Assembly: GCA_002457145.1 (NCBI GenBank)
Contig: NTJP01000002.1
Coordinates: 33,583 to 97,582, forward strand
DNA from: Marine Group II euryarchaeote MED-G38
GTDB taxonomy: Archaea > Thermoplasmatota > Poseidoniia > Poseidoniales > Thalassarchaeaceae
Length of the DNA stretch: 64,000 nt
Reading direction: 5' to 3'
The position numbers and the translations under genes were made by a program. The notes beneath the pieces are model-generated. The model was not told the DNA's origin. It ran no database searches and saw only the letters and a program-made list of their open reading frames with translations. Below, in pieces: positions 10,038-20,649 of this stretch (positions are counted from its first letter, which is position 1; every line of letters starts with the position of its first letter).

Positions 10038-11726
10038 ATGACAAATGAGAGTAAGTATGGTGTACAGATTATTGCAGTAAAGCAGGAATGCCCAGAAGCA
10101 GAAGAAAATGAAATTAGTGAAGAATTTAGAAGATATGAAGAAGAGTTTTTGATCCCTCCAGAAGATGCTCTAAGGTCAGTAATCAGAAAATTTCAATTAG
10201 CATCAGGAAAAGAAATTTCAACTCCTTCTTCTCCTCAAAGAGTCGAGAAAAAAGTTACTCAGTTTTCAGAACTTGCTTCTGATGACAAAAATGTTACTCT
10301 TGAAGTTGCGGTAATATCTTATACTCCTAGGATGCAAATGGTGAGGGGCGAGGAAAAGCAAATCGCATTTGGTTGGATTGAGGATAATCCTTGGAAAGAA
10401 AGCAGTAAGAGAGAACGTTGGGACTTCAAAGATTGGGGCCAACATTCCGCAAACCTAAGCCCCGGCTCCACAGTCCGTCTTGAGGGAGTTTCTGTTAACG
10501 AATGGAATGATAAAAAATCCATAAATATTAATCGCTCGAGTAGAGTGACGGTCCTTAGCGAAGGCGATCCGAATATTGTCAAATCAATCAATGAACCAGT
10601 AGAAATTTCAGATCTAATAAAAAATGAAGGTTTTGGAAGTACTTTAGGCAGAATTATCTCTATAAAACCAGACTTAATAGTTAAAAAAGATGGTACAGGA
10701 ACTTTGGATATATTCAGAGGTAGAATTGCAGACTCAACTGGAAGCGTAGGTTTTTTATCCTGGGTGCCATTTAATTTTGAAATAGGCAATCTCATTAAAA
10801 TGGAGAATATATCGATTCGTAAATTCCGTGATACTCCAGAAATAAACATAAGTAATGATGCAAAAGTAGAAATTTATATTGATAACTCGTTCCCTCAAAT
10901 TGATGATTTAGTACATACAACTAAATCCAATATTTCTGAATTACGAAATGGTATGAGGGACATAAAAATTACAGTACAAATAGATTCATGGAGTCAACGA
11001 AAATTTACATCAGATGATGGCACTGAAAAAATAGTTCGTAGTGGCGACATCATCGACCCAAGCGGAAGGTGCCGCTTGACAGCTTGGTGTGATTTTAATC
11101 CAAATAAAGGTGATTTTGTTGAATTATCTGGTTCAAGAGTTCAGTATTGGCAAGGTTCACCAGATCTGGTCATTGACGACTTAAATCAAGTAAAAACTCT
11201 CAATAAACCACCTTGGGATGCGATAAATCCTGAAGATCACTGGGTAGAAGTAGGATTAGATGACCTTGTAAATGGAGGTTCAAGAAGAGGAATAAGCACA
11301 TCCGGAACTATAGTCTCGGTGAGGCAAGACTCTGGGATAATATATAGATGTCCTGAGTGTAGACGCGTCTTAAGGGACGATATCTGTTCCGAGCATGGTG
11401 CGGTTAATGGCAACGAAGACCTAAGACTCAGATTTGTTTTAGATAATGGAATTTCAAATGCTTCATTATTACTATCAAAAGAACCTTCAGAAGAATTTCT
11501 TTCAATGAATTTCGAAGAAATAAAGGAGCAAATTTCTATTTCTGGTAAAGATAATTTCTTATCATCATTACGAAATAAACTTTTTTCAAAGAAAGTTAAC
11601 ATAAAAGGTAGGGCTTTAGTAGACACGCAAGGTACAATGATTATTGCGGAAAAAATGTCCTTGTTCGATCATGATGTCGTGAATGAGGCCAATGAAATGA
11701 TGAATAAATGGGAGGTTATTTTATGA
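10038..11726 (+). CDS. rpa: Replication protein A large subunit (multiple OB folds plus Zn finger)
   Basis: OB-fold DxTG-like motifs (IADSTG, IIDPSG, VLDNG) and Zn site CPECRR...C..HG. Confidence 0.9.
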   Translation: MTNESKYGVQIIAVKQECPEAEENEISEEFRRYEEEFLIPPEDALRSVIRKFQLASGKEISTPSSPQRVEKKVTQFSELASDDKNVTLEVAVISYTPRMQMVRGEEKQIAFGWIEDNPWKESSKRERWDFKDWGQHSANLSPGSTVRLEGVSVNEWNDKKSININRSSRVTVLSEGDPNIVKSINEPVEISDLIKNEGFGSTLGRIISIKPDLIVKKDGTGTLDIFRGRIADSTGSVGFLSWVPFNFEIGNLIKMENISIRKFRDTPEINISNDAKVEIYIDNSFPQIDDLVHTTKSNISELRNGMRDIKITVQIDSWSQRKFTSDDGTEKIVRSGDIIDPSGRCRLTAWCDFNPNKGDFVELSGSRVQYWQGSPDLVIDDLNQVKTLNKPPWDAINPEDHWVEVGLDDLVNGGSRRGISTSGTIVSVRQDSGIIYRCPECRRVLRDDICSEHGAVNGNEDLRLRFVLDNGISNASLLLSKEPSEEFLSMNFEEIKEQISISGKDNFLSSLRNKLFSKKVNIKGRALVDTQGTMIIAEKMSLFDHDVVNEANEMMNKWEVIL

Positions 11727-12652
11727 TTTCAAACACTAGGGCCAAACGCCAAACGGCAATTAGGTTATTTGCTCAAGAATTTTCAGAATCAAATCTCACT
11801 GAGCAAGGTATGGGCGAATATGACCCTTCTTTTGTAATTACAAAACTAGGTATCAAAGTAAACAGGGCTTTGTTTTGTGGAGTAATCGATAGACTTGAAA
11901 AGAGAGAAGGAGATAATGGCCCTAGTTTTAATGGTCAATTAAGAGATCCGACCGGCGTCAATAGGTTCAATGTCGCCTCTTTCCAGCCAGAGTTACAACC
12001 AGAAATGGAAGAATTATTCGCAAGATTTGAATCTGGAGATAGATTTTTGATGGCTATCGTTGGTAAATCCAGATGGTTTGAAGGTGATGAGGGAGGTATT
12101 TTCACTTCATTTCGTGTTGAAGAGTTTACTGTAATAGATCAAGAATCATATATGAATTGGCTTATCGATACTTCAGATGCGACATTACGTAGACTAAAAT
12201 TTTATGAATTGTCATTGGACATGGAACTCAATAAAGACTCGATGATTTCGTCAGGAATGCCGATTGAATTAGTAGACGGAACAATATTAGCAAGACAACA
12301 CTATTCTAATGTCGATTCTGAAACTTACCGACTAGGAATCCTAAAAGCTCTTTCTAGGGCATCGGGAAGGATGGTTGATGAAACTTTAGAAAATGATAAT
12401 ATTGTCCTTGATAAAGATGAAATTACAGAACAAGTTAAAAATGATAAAACTGAAACTAACCCTGCAGATATTATTTTAGAAACTATAAAAAGATATGACA
12501 CAGGAATTGGTGTTGAATATGATAAACTTGTAGAATCTTGTACTCTTTCCGGAGTTTCCCGTGAAACTGCTGAAGATTGTATTGAAGATTTGAGAGACGT
12601 ACAAGGACAAATATTGGAACCTAGATTTGGCTTCTTTAGAATCTTAGAATAA
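11723..12652 (+). CDS. RPA-associated/RPA2-like OB-fold protein with C-terminal winged helix
   Basis: RQTAIRLFAQEF, TKLG.KVNR, LRDPTG and a C-terminal EPRFG wing. Overlaps the rpa stop and has a GGAGG SD. Confidence 0.85.
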   Translation: MISNTRAKRQTAIRLFAQEFSESNLTEQGMGEYDPSFVITKLGIKVNRALFCGVIDRLEKREGDNGPSFNGQLRDPTGVNRFNVASFQPELQPEMEELFARFESGDRFLMAIVGKSRWFEGDEGGIFTSFRVEEFTVIDQESYMNWLIDTSDATLRRLKFYELSLDMELNKDSMISSGMPIELVDGTILARQHYSNVDSETYRLGILKALSRASGRMVDETLENDNIVLDKDEITEQVKNDKTETNPADIILETIKRYDTGIGVEYDKLVESCTLSGVSRETAEDCIEDLRDVQGQILEPRFGFFRILE

Positions 12653-12662
12653 TTTTGGTAAA

Positions 12663-13595
12663 CTATTTTTCCTTCTTTAAAAAATCTTCTGAATCTTTCA
12701 TTTTCATCCTTATTCTATTTATCACTGGCTTTATTTCATATCGTAGGACTTTTTTATCACTTTCTAACTTATCTATTGATCCGCCCTTATTCTCTGCTAT
12801 ATCAGTAGCAACCAAAAGCAACCTCTCTCTTACTTTATTTTCATCAATCGGCCAACCTCTTCTTTCAATCAATCTAATCAGAAGATCTTTTTCTAGAACT
12901 CCCCACTTGCCTCCATATTCTCTCAATATTGTTCCAACCATACGTTCTAGCTCAGCAACCCTTGCTTGAATGGATAATAAATTACCTTGAACTATGGAAT
13001 TTTCTTTATCTATGTCCATAATCATTAATTCCTTTGCATCTTCCAAATATGCCGTAGAAATATCTTCATCAAATTTCTCGATGGTCATACTTTCTTTTTT
13101 TTCATCTATCTTGTCATGTGTTTCAAAATCTATATTAATTTCTTGAATTCCATTCCTGTGTAGGCTACGTTTTATTCTCCCCCATCCTTTAGATTGATTT
13201 GTCAAAACTCCCGCTACCCTTCCCATTAATATTGTTCTAGTCCCACTCATTGGCATCTCAAGTCTACGGCATAATTCATGTAATGTATCTTTATCCATTT
13301 CCACCAATCTTTCTAGCGTCATTCTTCTTGAGTCATAATTTAGATGTAACCATATTCTTCGTCTACGTTCTTTGTGAGAGCCAGAAGATTTTATTCCAAA
13401 TATTTTTAATATTTCACCAAGTTTCTTATGAGGAATAGCTTGTATTCCTTCCCAACTAAAATCTATTTCTGATAGTATTTTTTCCTTAATTATCCTTGCT
13501 CTCAGAACTTCAACAGAGCCACTTTTTTGAATTCCTTCCTTTTCAGCAATTTCTCTTAACTCAACAAGACTACTTTTGTAAAGTAAATTTAGCAA
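12663..13595 (-). CDS. Protein with three tandem SAP DNA-binding motifs and a coiled-coil C-terminal region
   Basis: ELREIAEKEGIQKSGSVEVLRARI, KLGEILKIFGIKSSGSHKERRRRI and TLHELCRRLEMPMSGTRTILMGRV each fit the SAP consensus. TTG start. Confidence 0.75.
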   Translation of the reverse strand: MLNLLYKSSLVELREIAEKEGIQKSGSVEVLRARIIKEKILSEIDFSWEGIQAIPHKKLGEILKIFGIKSSGSHKERRRRIWLHLNYDSRRMTLERLVEMDKDTLHELCRRLEMPMSGTRTILMGRVAGVLTNQSKGWGRIKRSLHRNGIQEINIDFETHDKIDEKKESMTIEKFDEDISTAYLEDAKELMIMDIDKENSIVQGNLLSIQARVAELERMVGTILREYGGKWGVLEKDLLIRLIERRGWPIDENKVRERLLLVATDIAENKGGSIDKLESDKKVLRYEIKPVINRIRMKMKDSEDFLKKEK

Positions 13596-13710
13596 TTTTA
13601 TATCTACAATCAGTATTACTCCTCAAGTACTCGCCCAATGTCTTGACTGATATTGCTTACGCTATTTATTCAATAAATAACCTATTTTACAGCCTGTTAA
13701 TTATTATTCA

Positions 13711-14793
13711 TTATTCTTTCAAATTGATAAAAGCCTTGGCTGTTTCATCGTAATAAGAATCTTTTGGTATTTCTTGAGAAACTTCTTTTAATATCACTTC
13801 CCAATCCCTAATTAATGAAATAGTTGCATATTCATATTTTGAATAAGGTATGACTCTATGAATTCCTACTGTCCTCTTTCCATTTTTGGAAATTTTTTCA
13901 ATTTTTACTTCTACATGGACCTCGGATTCTAAAACTTCCCCTTCAGAATCATGACATGCCTGCTCCAACGTCAAATCTTTGTATTTTTCAGCCTCTTCCA
14001 TCAGTGACTTTACCTTTCTGTGTCTGACTAAAATAGCTGTATTTGCTAATTCTTCAAAATCTAAACTACCTAATATTTGATTTTGAACCCACCAAATAGT
14101 TTCTCCTTCTTTTTCACTAATACTCCTGATTAATGATTTTGGTGAACTTTTTCTAGTTAATAGTATTATCAAATCTGAGTAAGGTAATGGTAAGAAAATA
14201 TTTCCACCTCCTTCTTTAGGATCTGGAAGTAATGTATGCCTTCTTCCATTTAAATTAAGTTTCATAAAAACTTCTTTGGATGCGATGAAACCATCTATTT
14301 TACCTAATTTTCTCTGATTCTCCATCCATTCAAATTTTTCATTTTCACTTGAATGTGTATCGTTGATATTTTGTATCGATTTGTATGCTTCGACACTTAA
14401 TATACGTAAATCATTACGAGCCCTCCTCATTTGTCTTCTGATTACTTTTTGTTCACAAAGAATTATTGCAGATTTAGGCTGATAATCAATTTTATTTTCA
14501 GAAATTAATACCATATTTGGCCTTCGAGGGGTAATCGCGCCAGAAACATGGCATTCATATTGTAACATTTCTATTTCTCTTCCGTGAAGCATCTCAGCCG
14601 TCATGGCAATTACATCATATACTCCTTCGCTGAGATTTCTGATACAAGATGAAAAATCTGTTCCAATTTCTATTTTATTATTAATATTATTTTTTTCGTT
14701 TGATTGTTTAATTCTATTTATTACGTTTTCTATGTCGGTATGGGGTGAATCCAATGTAACAATTTTTATTTTGTTTTTCAAGGCAACCACCAC
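13711..14793 (-). CDS. Degenerate HemC (porphobilinogen deaminase)-like protein
   Basis: GAITPRRPNMVLIS...AIILCEQKVIRRQMRRARNDLRI aligns by eye with HemC REDPRD...GTSSLRRxAQL..RPDL; FLPLP resembles PAPGQG. Catalytic motifs are eroded. Confidence 0.55.
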   Translation of the reverse strand: MVVALKNKIKIVTLDSPHTDIENVINRIKQSNEKNNINNKIEIGTDFSSCIRNLSEGVYDVIAMTAEMLHGREIEMLQYECHVSGAITPRRPNMVLISENKIDYQPKSAIILCEQKVIRRQMRRARNDLRILSVEAYKSIQNINDTHSSENEKFEWMENQRKLGKIDGFIASKEVFMKLNLNGRRHTLLPDPKEGGGNIFLPLPYSDLIILLTRKSSPKSLIRSISEKEGETIWWVQNQILGSLDFEELANTAILVRHRKVKSLMEEAEKYKDLTLEQACHDSEGEVLESEVHVEVKIEKISKNGKRTVGIHRVIPYSKYEYATISLIRDWEVILKEVSQEIPKDSYYDETAKAFINLKE

Positions 14794-14847
14794 AGGAGAG
14801 GGAGTACATACTGTACTCGTTCAATCCGTATACACACTTGTTGATAT

Positions 14848-15858
14848 ATGCGACCCCTAGCAGTTAGAGTGAAGGACATGGAAACAGAGTATTTTACTAA
14901 TCCTAATTTATCTGCAATCAAAAATCGTTTTGATGATGCTTTAGAAGAATTAGTACTTGAGAAGTTATCGGATGAGGAAGCACCTGCTATGTCTCTTGCA
15001 AGAGACATACTTCTTTCCGGGGGTAAAAGATTTCGCCCTGTATTGGCATTATTAGCACATGAAGCTGCTGGAGGGAATGATGATTCAATGATTATGGACT
15101 TGGCTCTTGCTTCAGAAATAATACATACAGCAACATTAATCCATGATGATATTTATGACCAGTCTAAAACAAGAAGAGGTATGCCCACTTTGCATACTAG
15201 CCATGGACTATCTCATGCCATTATTGCCGGAGATTATTTATTTGTAATTGGTTTTTCATTAGGAGGGAGATATGACAATATAATAGTTGAGAAATTAGGT
15301 AAATCTGCCGCTAATTTAGCATCAGGAGAATTGCTACAATTCGAGCATATAGGAAATTTTAGCACAACTCCCGAAGATTACTACGCTATTGTTGATGGAA
15401 AAACAGCAGGACCTTTCGCCTCCGCCTGTGCTTGTGCCGGAATAATTGCAGGTGCAAATAATCAAATTATTAATTCATTAGAGACTTTTGGTATAGAAAT
15501 AGGACGAGCATTTCAATTAGTAGATGATTTATTAGATCTTACAGGTGCTCCTTCAATGGGAAAACCACGAGGTACGGATGTTCATGATGGTAAAATGACA
15601 CTACCATTAATACACGCATTAACATTACTTTATGGTCCAGAAAGAGAACAGTTAGAAGATATTTTGAATAATTTTAGTGATGACAGATGGCAAGAATTAA
15701 CAGTTTTATTGAATAAGTCCAATTCATTAAATTATGCCAGACAGTTGATTAATAATCATATTAATAGAGCATTGGATAGTCTGAATACACTTCCAGATTC
15801 AAAGGCTAAGAGCATGATGATGGAAATCGCGATAGAATCCCAAAATAGAAAATTATGA
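14848..15858 (+). CDS. Polyprenyl (geranylgeranyl) diphosphate synthase
   Basis: GGKRFRP, first Asp-rich motif LIHDDIYD...RRG, KT, and second motif FQLVDDLLD. Confidence 0.95.
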   Translation: MRPLAVRVKDMETEYFTNPNLSAIKNRFDDALEELVLEKLSDEEAPAMSLARDILLSGGKRFRPVLALLAHEAAGGNDDSMIMDLALASEIIHTATLIHDDIYDQSKTRRGMPTLHTSHGLSHAIIAGDYLFVIGFSLGGRYDNIIVEKLGKSAANLASGELLQFEHIGNFSTTPEDYYAIVDGKTAGPFASACACAGIIAGANNQIINSLETFGIEIGRAFQLVDDLLDLTGAPSMGKPRGTDVHDGKMTLPLIHALTLLYGPEREQLEDILNNFSDDRWQELTVLLNKSNSLNYARQLINNHINRALDSLNTLPDSKAKSMMMEIAIESQNRKL

Positions 15859-15888
15859 GCTTTTTTAGAATCTAATGGCGGTACTAAT

Positions 15889-16989
15889 ATGGTTAAAGAT
15901 AAATTATGGGACCTAGTAATTATTGGTGGTGGCCCTGCTGGGAGTACTACAGCTAGGTTTGCAGCAAAAAATGGCCTTAGTGTTCTCGTAGTTGACGGCC
16001 GCGAATCAATAGGTGAACCATTACAGTGCGGAGAATTAGTACCTTCGAATAATGAGATGAAACGGCTATGCCCAGATGTTCCGGATATAGATGAACTGTT
16101 TAAAACACCGGCTAATGTTATTTCTCAACACACTTCGGAAATGTACTTGGTTCCTCCATCTGGAAAGCCCCTAAAATATAATTTTGAAGGCTATATGCTA
16201 AACAGAGTTAAACATGATCAAGAATTAGTAAGTCTTGCAAAATCACATGGTGCTGAATTTTTGACAGGTAAAAGAGTTCAAGACATTACAGATAACTCTG
16301 TTATTTTGAAAGATGGTTCTAAAATTAATGCTAAGATAATAGTTGGTGCTGGAGGGCATAATGACCCATTGAGGAAAAAATATTGGGATGTCAAGTCTCT
16401 TAATATCCCTGTTAAATTTGTCCTTATGGATGGCGACTTTTCGAATGCTGTTGAACTACATTTTGGGTCCGTTGCACCCGGCGGATATGCTTGGGTTTTT
16501 CCAAAAGAAGGAGGGGCCAATATAGGCCTAGGAATACAAAGAAAATTCGCCAAAGGACAGAGTTTGAATATATTCGCGGATAAGTTTATTTCACAATACC
16601 AAGGAAATATTAGTTTCAAGGGAGCAGGTTCTTTGCCCATGTCTGGAACAATCGAATCCTTTGTGAAGGGTAATTATTTATTGGTAGGAGATTCAGCAGG
16701 CATGGTTTTACCATCAAATGGGGCAGGAATAACAATTGCTATGATTGGTGGAAGAATAGCTGGAGAAGTTATATCCGAACATATAAAATTTGGTACATCT
16801 CTATCGGAATATGAGAAAAGATGGAAATTTCAGATGGGCAATGTGATGAGAAATTCTCAAAGATCATTCAAACTAGGTAGTATTTTATTCAGATTGCCCG
16901 ATTGGATTATAAATATCATTTTTAATAGAATAACAAAACCATTTATATGGAATGCTATTACCTGTAGGCCGCTACTCAAAATCTTTTGA
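15889..16989 (+). CDS. Geranylgeranyl reductase family FAD oxidoreductase
   Basis: GGGPAG, PLQCGE, GGYAWVFPK, VGDSAG and P.NGAGI; adjacent to the prenyl synthase. Confidence 0.92.
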   Translation: MVKDKLWDLVIIGGGPAGSTTARFAAKNGLSVLVVDGRESIGEPLQCGELVPSNNEMKRLCPDVPDIDELFKTPANVISQHTSEMYLVPPSGKPLKYNFEGYMLNRVKHDQELVSLAKSHGAEFLTGKRVQDITDNSVILKDGSKINAKIIVGAGGHNDPLRKKYWDVKSLNIPVKFVLMDGDFSNAVELHFGSVAPGGYAWVFPKEGGANIGLGIQRKFAKGQSLNIFADKFISQYQGNISFKGAGSLPMSGTIESFVKGNYLLVGDSAGMVLPSNGAGITIAMIGGRIAGEVISEHIKFGTSLSEYEKRWKFQMGNVMRNSQRSFKLGSILFRLPDWIINIIFNRITKPFIWNAITCRPLLKIF

Positions 16990-17700
16990 TATTGGCACTT
17001 TACCAGTCCAAATTGTTGCCATACCGGGAAAAATTACCTTACCGGTTACATTTTCAAATCCTTCCTCAGTCATCATTTTTGTATATTTTTTAGTCGTTCC
17101 AAAATTAATATACGTTTTGGTCAACCATTTCCATGGGTGTTCTTTTTGTTTACACACTACTCGCGCATAAGTTCCTACCCAATATTTCATCCAAAAATGA
17201 CCTAAAAAGCCATGTATAAAATTTATTTTAGCTGGATCGACAATCATCAATGTACCTCCTGGTTTCAAAACACGCCTAACTTCTGAAAGTCCTTTTCTTT
17301 TATCATACCAATCTCGAAAAGAGAAGAGCGTGCAAACCATATCAAATTTATCATTCTGAAATGGTAAATCTTCAGCAGTCCCTTGTATAAATTCAGCTCT
17401 CGAATCTCCTCTTTCATCGCGTTTTTTATCAACTCTAATTTTAGCAATTCTTAGCATTTCTGGAATTGGATCTAAACATACTAATTTTTTTCCTTCTACA
17501 TCCTCTGCAAAACTTCCTGGCCCACACCCAACTTCCAATATCAAACCATTATCAGGTAATTTTTTTCGTACTATTCTCCTCCACCTTGAAACTTGACCAA
17601 GTGTCGCGAAACGATTAATTTTATCATATACAGGTATTGTCGCTTCAAGATTTTTTTGAAGTTCACTCCAATCTTCTACGCCAATGATTTCAGAATCCAT
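16972..17700 (-). CDS. UbiE/MenG-like class I SAM methyltransferase; probable start 17700
   Basis: YDKINRF, LEVGCGPG, AEDLPF and RVLKPGG. Confidence 0.85.
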   Translation of the reverse strand: MDSEIIGVEDWSELQKNLEATIPVYDKINRFATLGQVSRWRRIVRKKLPDNGLILEVGCGPGSFAEDVEGKKLVCLDPIPEMLRIAKIRVDKKRDERGDSRAEFIQGTAEDLPFQNDKFDMVCTLFSFRDWYDKRKGLSEVRRVLKPGGTLMIVDPAKINFIHGFLGHFWMKYWVGTYARVVCKQKEHPWKWLTKTYINFGTTKKYTKMMTEEGFENVTGKVIFPGMATIWTGKVPISKDFE

Positions 17701-17833
17701 AATCCATCGCGAAAGTAACAAGTATTTGGTAAGTACTGATTCAAACGTCACAAATTTAAATGATTAAATGAACTCCTCTATCGGTTATTATCATAAACTA
17801 ATTTTATGTCGCTCACTCATCCCGGTGCAGAGT

Positions 17834-18148
17834 ATGGCAAGAAAAAAAGTTTTACGCGCAATAAAAGATGCTGAAAAAGCGGCTTCCGAAACTTTATCTA
17901 ATGCAAAAAAAGAGGCAGCATCGATAATCTCACAGGCTCGTCAAAATGCTTCTGAAATTTTAAACTCAGAACGATCCAATTCTGATTCTACCAATCAAAA
18001 TATGTTATCTAAAGCGCGGGAATCTGCCAATTCTGAAGCAAAATTAGTTTCAGATGATGGAAGTCTAGCCGAAAAGAATGTGCATGATTCAGGTAAGAAA
18101 AATCGAGCAAAAGCGGAAAAATTAGTAATTGATGCTTTCAAAAATTAA
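17834..18148 (+). CDS. atpH: A/V-type ATP synthase subunit H (G); probable start 17834
   Basis: Ala/Glu/Lys-rich coiled coil (IKDAEKAA...AKKEA); first gene of the operon. Confidence 0.8.
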   Translation: MARKKVLRAIKDAEKAASETLSNAKKEAASIISQARQNASEILNSERSNSDSTNQNMLSKARESANSEAKLVSDDGSLAEKNVHDSGKKNRAKAEKLVIDAFKN

Positions 18149-18173
18149 ACATTAAGTTTGGAGATGAAGTCAC

Positions 18174-20255
18174 ATGTCACAGGTCCATACTCAAAAAATG
18201 GGCCGTTTAATTGCAGCAGGAAGTAAAGATAAACTAGAAGAGTTGATAGATTGTTTGGCGAATCTAAACGCACTTCATATTATAGAATATGATGGTTTAG
18301 AAGATGGTTTCAAACTCGGCTCTCCAAAAGAAGAAGCAGAAATAGTAGGTAAGCGTTTGAATAAACTTCGTTCTGCAGCTTCCATAGTTGAAGGAAAGAG
18401 CCCTAAAAAACCAATCTCTGTTGAAAAAATTCGATCAGAATTGCATAATTCTTTGCCCGATGCAGTAGAATTATTACTCGAAAAAAGTACAAGATTGGAT
18501 TTACTTGAAAATAAAATCTCCTCCCTTTCTGAAAATAAAATATTCTTGGAACTAATATCTTCATTAGATTTAGACGTTGAGTTACTTTCAGGTTACGAAA
18601 ATATTTCCTCATTCGTTGGAACTGTATCAGATTTGACTCTTCTCGATGATATTGATCAAGATAATCTAATTTTCACAGGGCAATTTAAAAGATCAAATGT
18701 AATAGCACTCTTTGTTAAAAATGAAGACTCGAGTTCAATCCAATCTATATTAAATGCATGTGGTTTTCAAGCAATAAGTATCTTAGAAAATTTACATGGT
18801 AATCCTGGGCATTTACTTTCTGAAATTATGGAAAATATAATTACTTTAGAATCAGAAAAATCATCTATAATTAAAGATTTAGAATTGTGGAATAATGAAT
18901 TTGGGGTTTCATTAATATGTGGTTTGGAGTTACTAGAAAGAGAGCACGATATCTTGACTGCACCCGTTAAAATTGCAGTTTCGAATCACGCCTTTTTGGT
19001 TGACGGTTGGATTGAAATGTCTAGATCCGAAGAGGTAGAAAATGCCCTTTTAGATTGTTGCATATTTACTGAAATATCACCTTTCAAAATTAAAGCAGGA
19101 GAGGGAGGGCATGGACATTCAGATCATTCTCACAATCAAAAAATGCCACCTATTGCATATCAAAATAGGAACTTATCCAAACCAATGGAATTACTCACTG
19201 ATGCCGTCGGTCGCCCAGCATATGGCAGGATAGATCCTACTCTCTTCATGTTTGTAACATATCCTATCTTCTTTGGAATGATGTTAGGCGATATGGCATA
19301 TGGAATTATCACAATGTCTCTTGGGGCATTTATTATGGGTAAATCAGGATCTAATAATTTAATGAACTTGGGCGGTAAATTCCTCATCTATATCGGACTC
19401 GGTACATTTGTTTTTGGCTATCTATACGCTGAATTCGCAGGATGGGAGATATTCCCTCATGGCCATAGTAATCCAGCAGAGGTACTTTCTATTTTTTATC
19501 CTCCTGTAGATTCTCATGGTTCCGTATGGCATCATTCATACCCATTCGGCATAGAGTTAGCTTATCCATTCCACAGAGTTGTGTTAGTTGAGGATCACGG
19601 AAATCTTGAGCACCTGGTTCTTTTGACTATTTACTTAGGTTTGATTCATATCTTATTTGGCCGCTTGATAGGTTTCCGAGATGTAATGTTTTATGGTACT
19701 GATCATGGTCACATAGGATTCTTTGCAGCATTTTTTGAGCATGGTGTTTGGATAATATTATTGATAGGAGGATTCTTATTTTCATACGGATTTTTAGGGC
19801 CTAAAGAAGCAGAATATATGATGTTGCCTGGAATGTTTATCGCAATATCTGCAGTAATATTATTGATTTGGACCTTATTCAAATATCATGGCATCCCATT
19901 GGCTATTAGTTTAATACTCGCTCCAATAGAAGCGATAGGAATGATGCCTTCAGTGATATCTTATGTTCGTCTTTTTGCCGTAGGAGTAGTTGGAGTAAAA
20001 ATTGCAGAAACAGGAAATATTAAACTTTTTGAACCAATGGTTCATGCTATTGAACATAGCGAATTTTTAGTAGTTCCATTTTTACTAATTGGATGGTTAG
20101 CAGTTCAATTCTTTGCATGGGGGCTAGGTGTCTTTAGTCCAAATATTCATGCAGCCAGACTTCATTTTGTAGAATGGATGAGGCAGTATTATGATTCTAG
20201 CGGAGAGGAATTTTCACCTTTCGGTTTCCGCTCGCACCACGTGGAGGTCGAGTGA
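18174..20255 (+). CDS. atpI: A/V-type ATP synthase subunit I (a)
   Basis: IDPT, FFGMMLGD, SYVRL (essential Arg) and RLHFVEW. Confidence 0.95.
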   Translation: MSQVHTQKMGRLIAAGSKDKLEELIDCLANLNALHIIEYDGLEDGFKLGSPKEEAEIVGKRLNKLRSAASIVEGKSPKKPISVEKIRSELHNSLPDAVELLLEKSTRLDLLENKISSLSENKIFLELISSLDLDVELLSGYENISSFVGTVSDLTLLDDIDQDNLIFTGQFKRSNVIALFVKNEDSSSIQSILNACGFQAISILENLHGNPGHLLSEIMENIITLESEKSSIIKDLELWNNEFGVSLICGLELLEREHDILTAPVKIAVSNHAFLVDGWIEMSRSEEVENALLDCCIFTEISPFKIKAGEGGHGHSDHSHNQKMPPIAYQNRNLSKPMELLTDAVGRPAYGRIDPTLFMFVTYPIFFGMMLGDMAYGIITMSLGAFIMGKSGSNNLMNLGGKFLIYIGLGTFVFGYLYAEFAGWEIFPHGHSNPAEVLSIFYPPVDSHGSVWHHSYPFGIELAYPFHRVVLVEDHGNLEHLVLLTIYLGLIHILFGRLIGFRDVMFYGTDHGHIGFFAAFFEHGVWIILLIGGFLFSYGFLGPKEAEYMMLPGMFIAISAVILLIWTLFKYHGIPLAISLILAPIEAIGMMPSVISYVRLFAVGVVGVKIAETGNIKLFEPMVHAIEHSEFLVVPFLLIGWLAVQFFAWGLGVFSPNIHAARLHFVEWMRQYYDSSGEEFSPFGFRSHHVEVE

Positions 20256-20300
20256 TATTACATTCCAAGCTTAAGGCTTAGATAAAATGGAGGAAAAAAT

Positions 20301-20603
20301 ATGAATAATAAAAATAAAATGAGAGGAATGAGTATGTTATTGACACTATCGTCAATTGTGATGATTGCAACTAGCGTACAAGCTGAAGCAAATGAAAGTA
20401 CAGTAGAAGCATATGGTAAGTTAGGAGCAGGTATTGCTCTAGGTTTAGCAGGAATTGGGACTGGCTTAAGCCAAGGACCAATAGGTGCTGCTGCTGTAGG
20501 AATGATCGCTGAAGATAGTAGTAAGTTCGTTAATGGACTAATCTTCACAGCATTGCCTGAAACAATTGTACTTTTTGGATTTCTTGCATTATTCTTGCTC
20601 TAA
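20301..20603 (+). CDS. atpK: A/V-type ATP synthase subunit K (c) with N-terminal signal-like extension
   Basis: GAGIALGLAGIG...QG.IGAAAVG..AE...LPET hairpin. Confidence 0.95.
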   Translation: MNNKNKMRGMSMLLTLSSIVMIATSVQAEANESTVEAYGKLGAGIALGLAGIGTGLSQGPIGAAAVGMIAEDSSKFVNGLIFTALPETIVLFGFLALFLL

Positions 20604-20649
20604 GCAGAATTTTGTGTTTTATCCATAATTTAAAACTGAGGTATAATTA

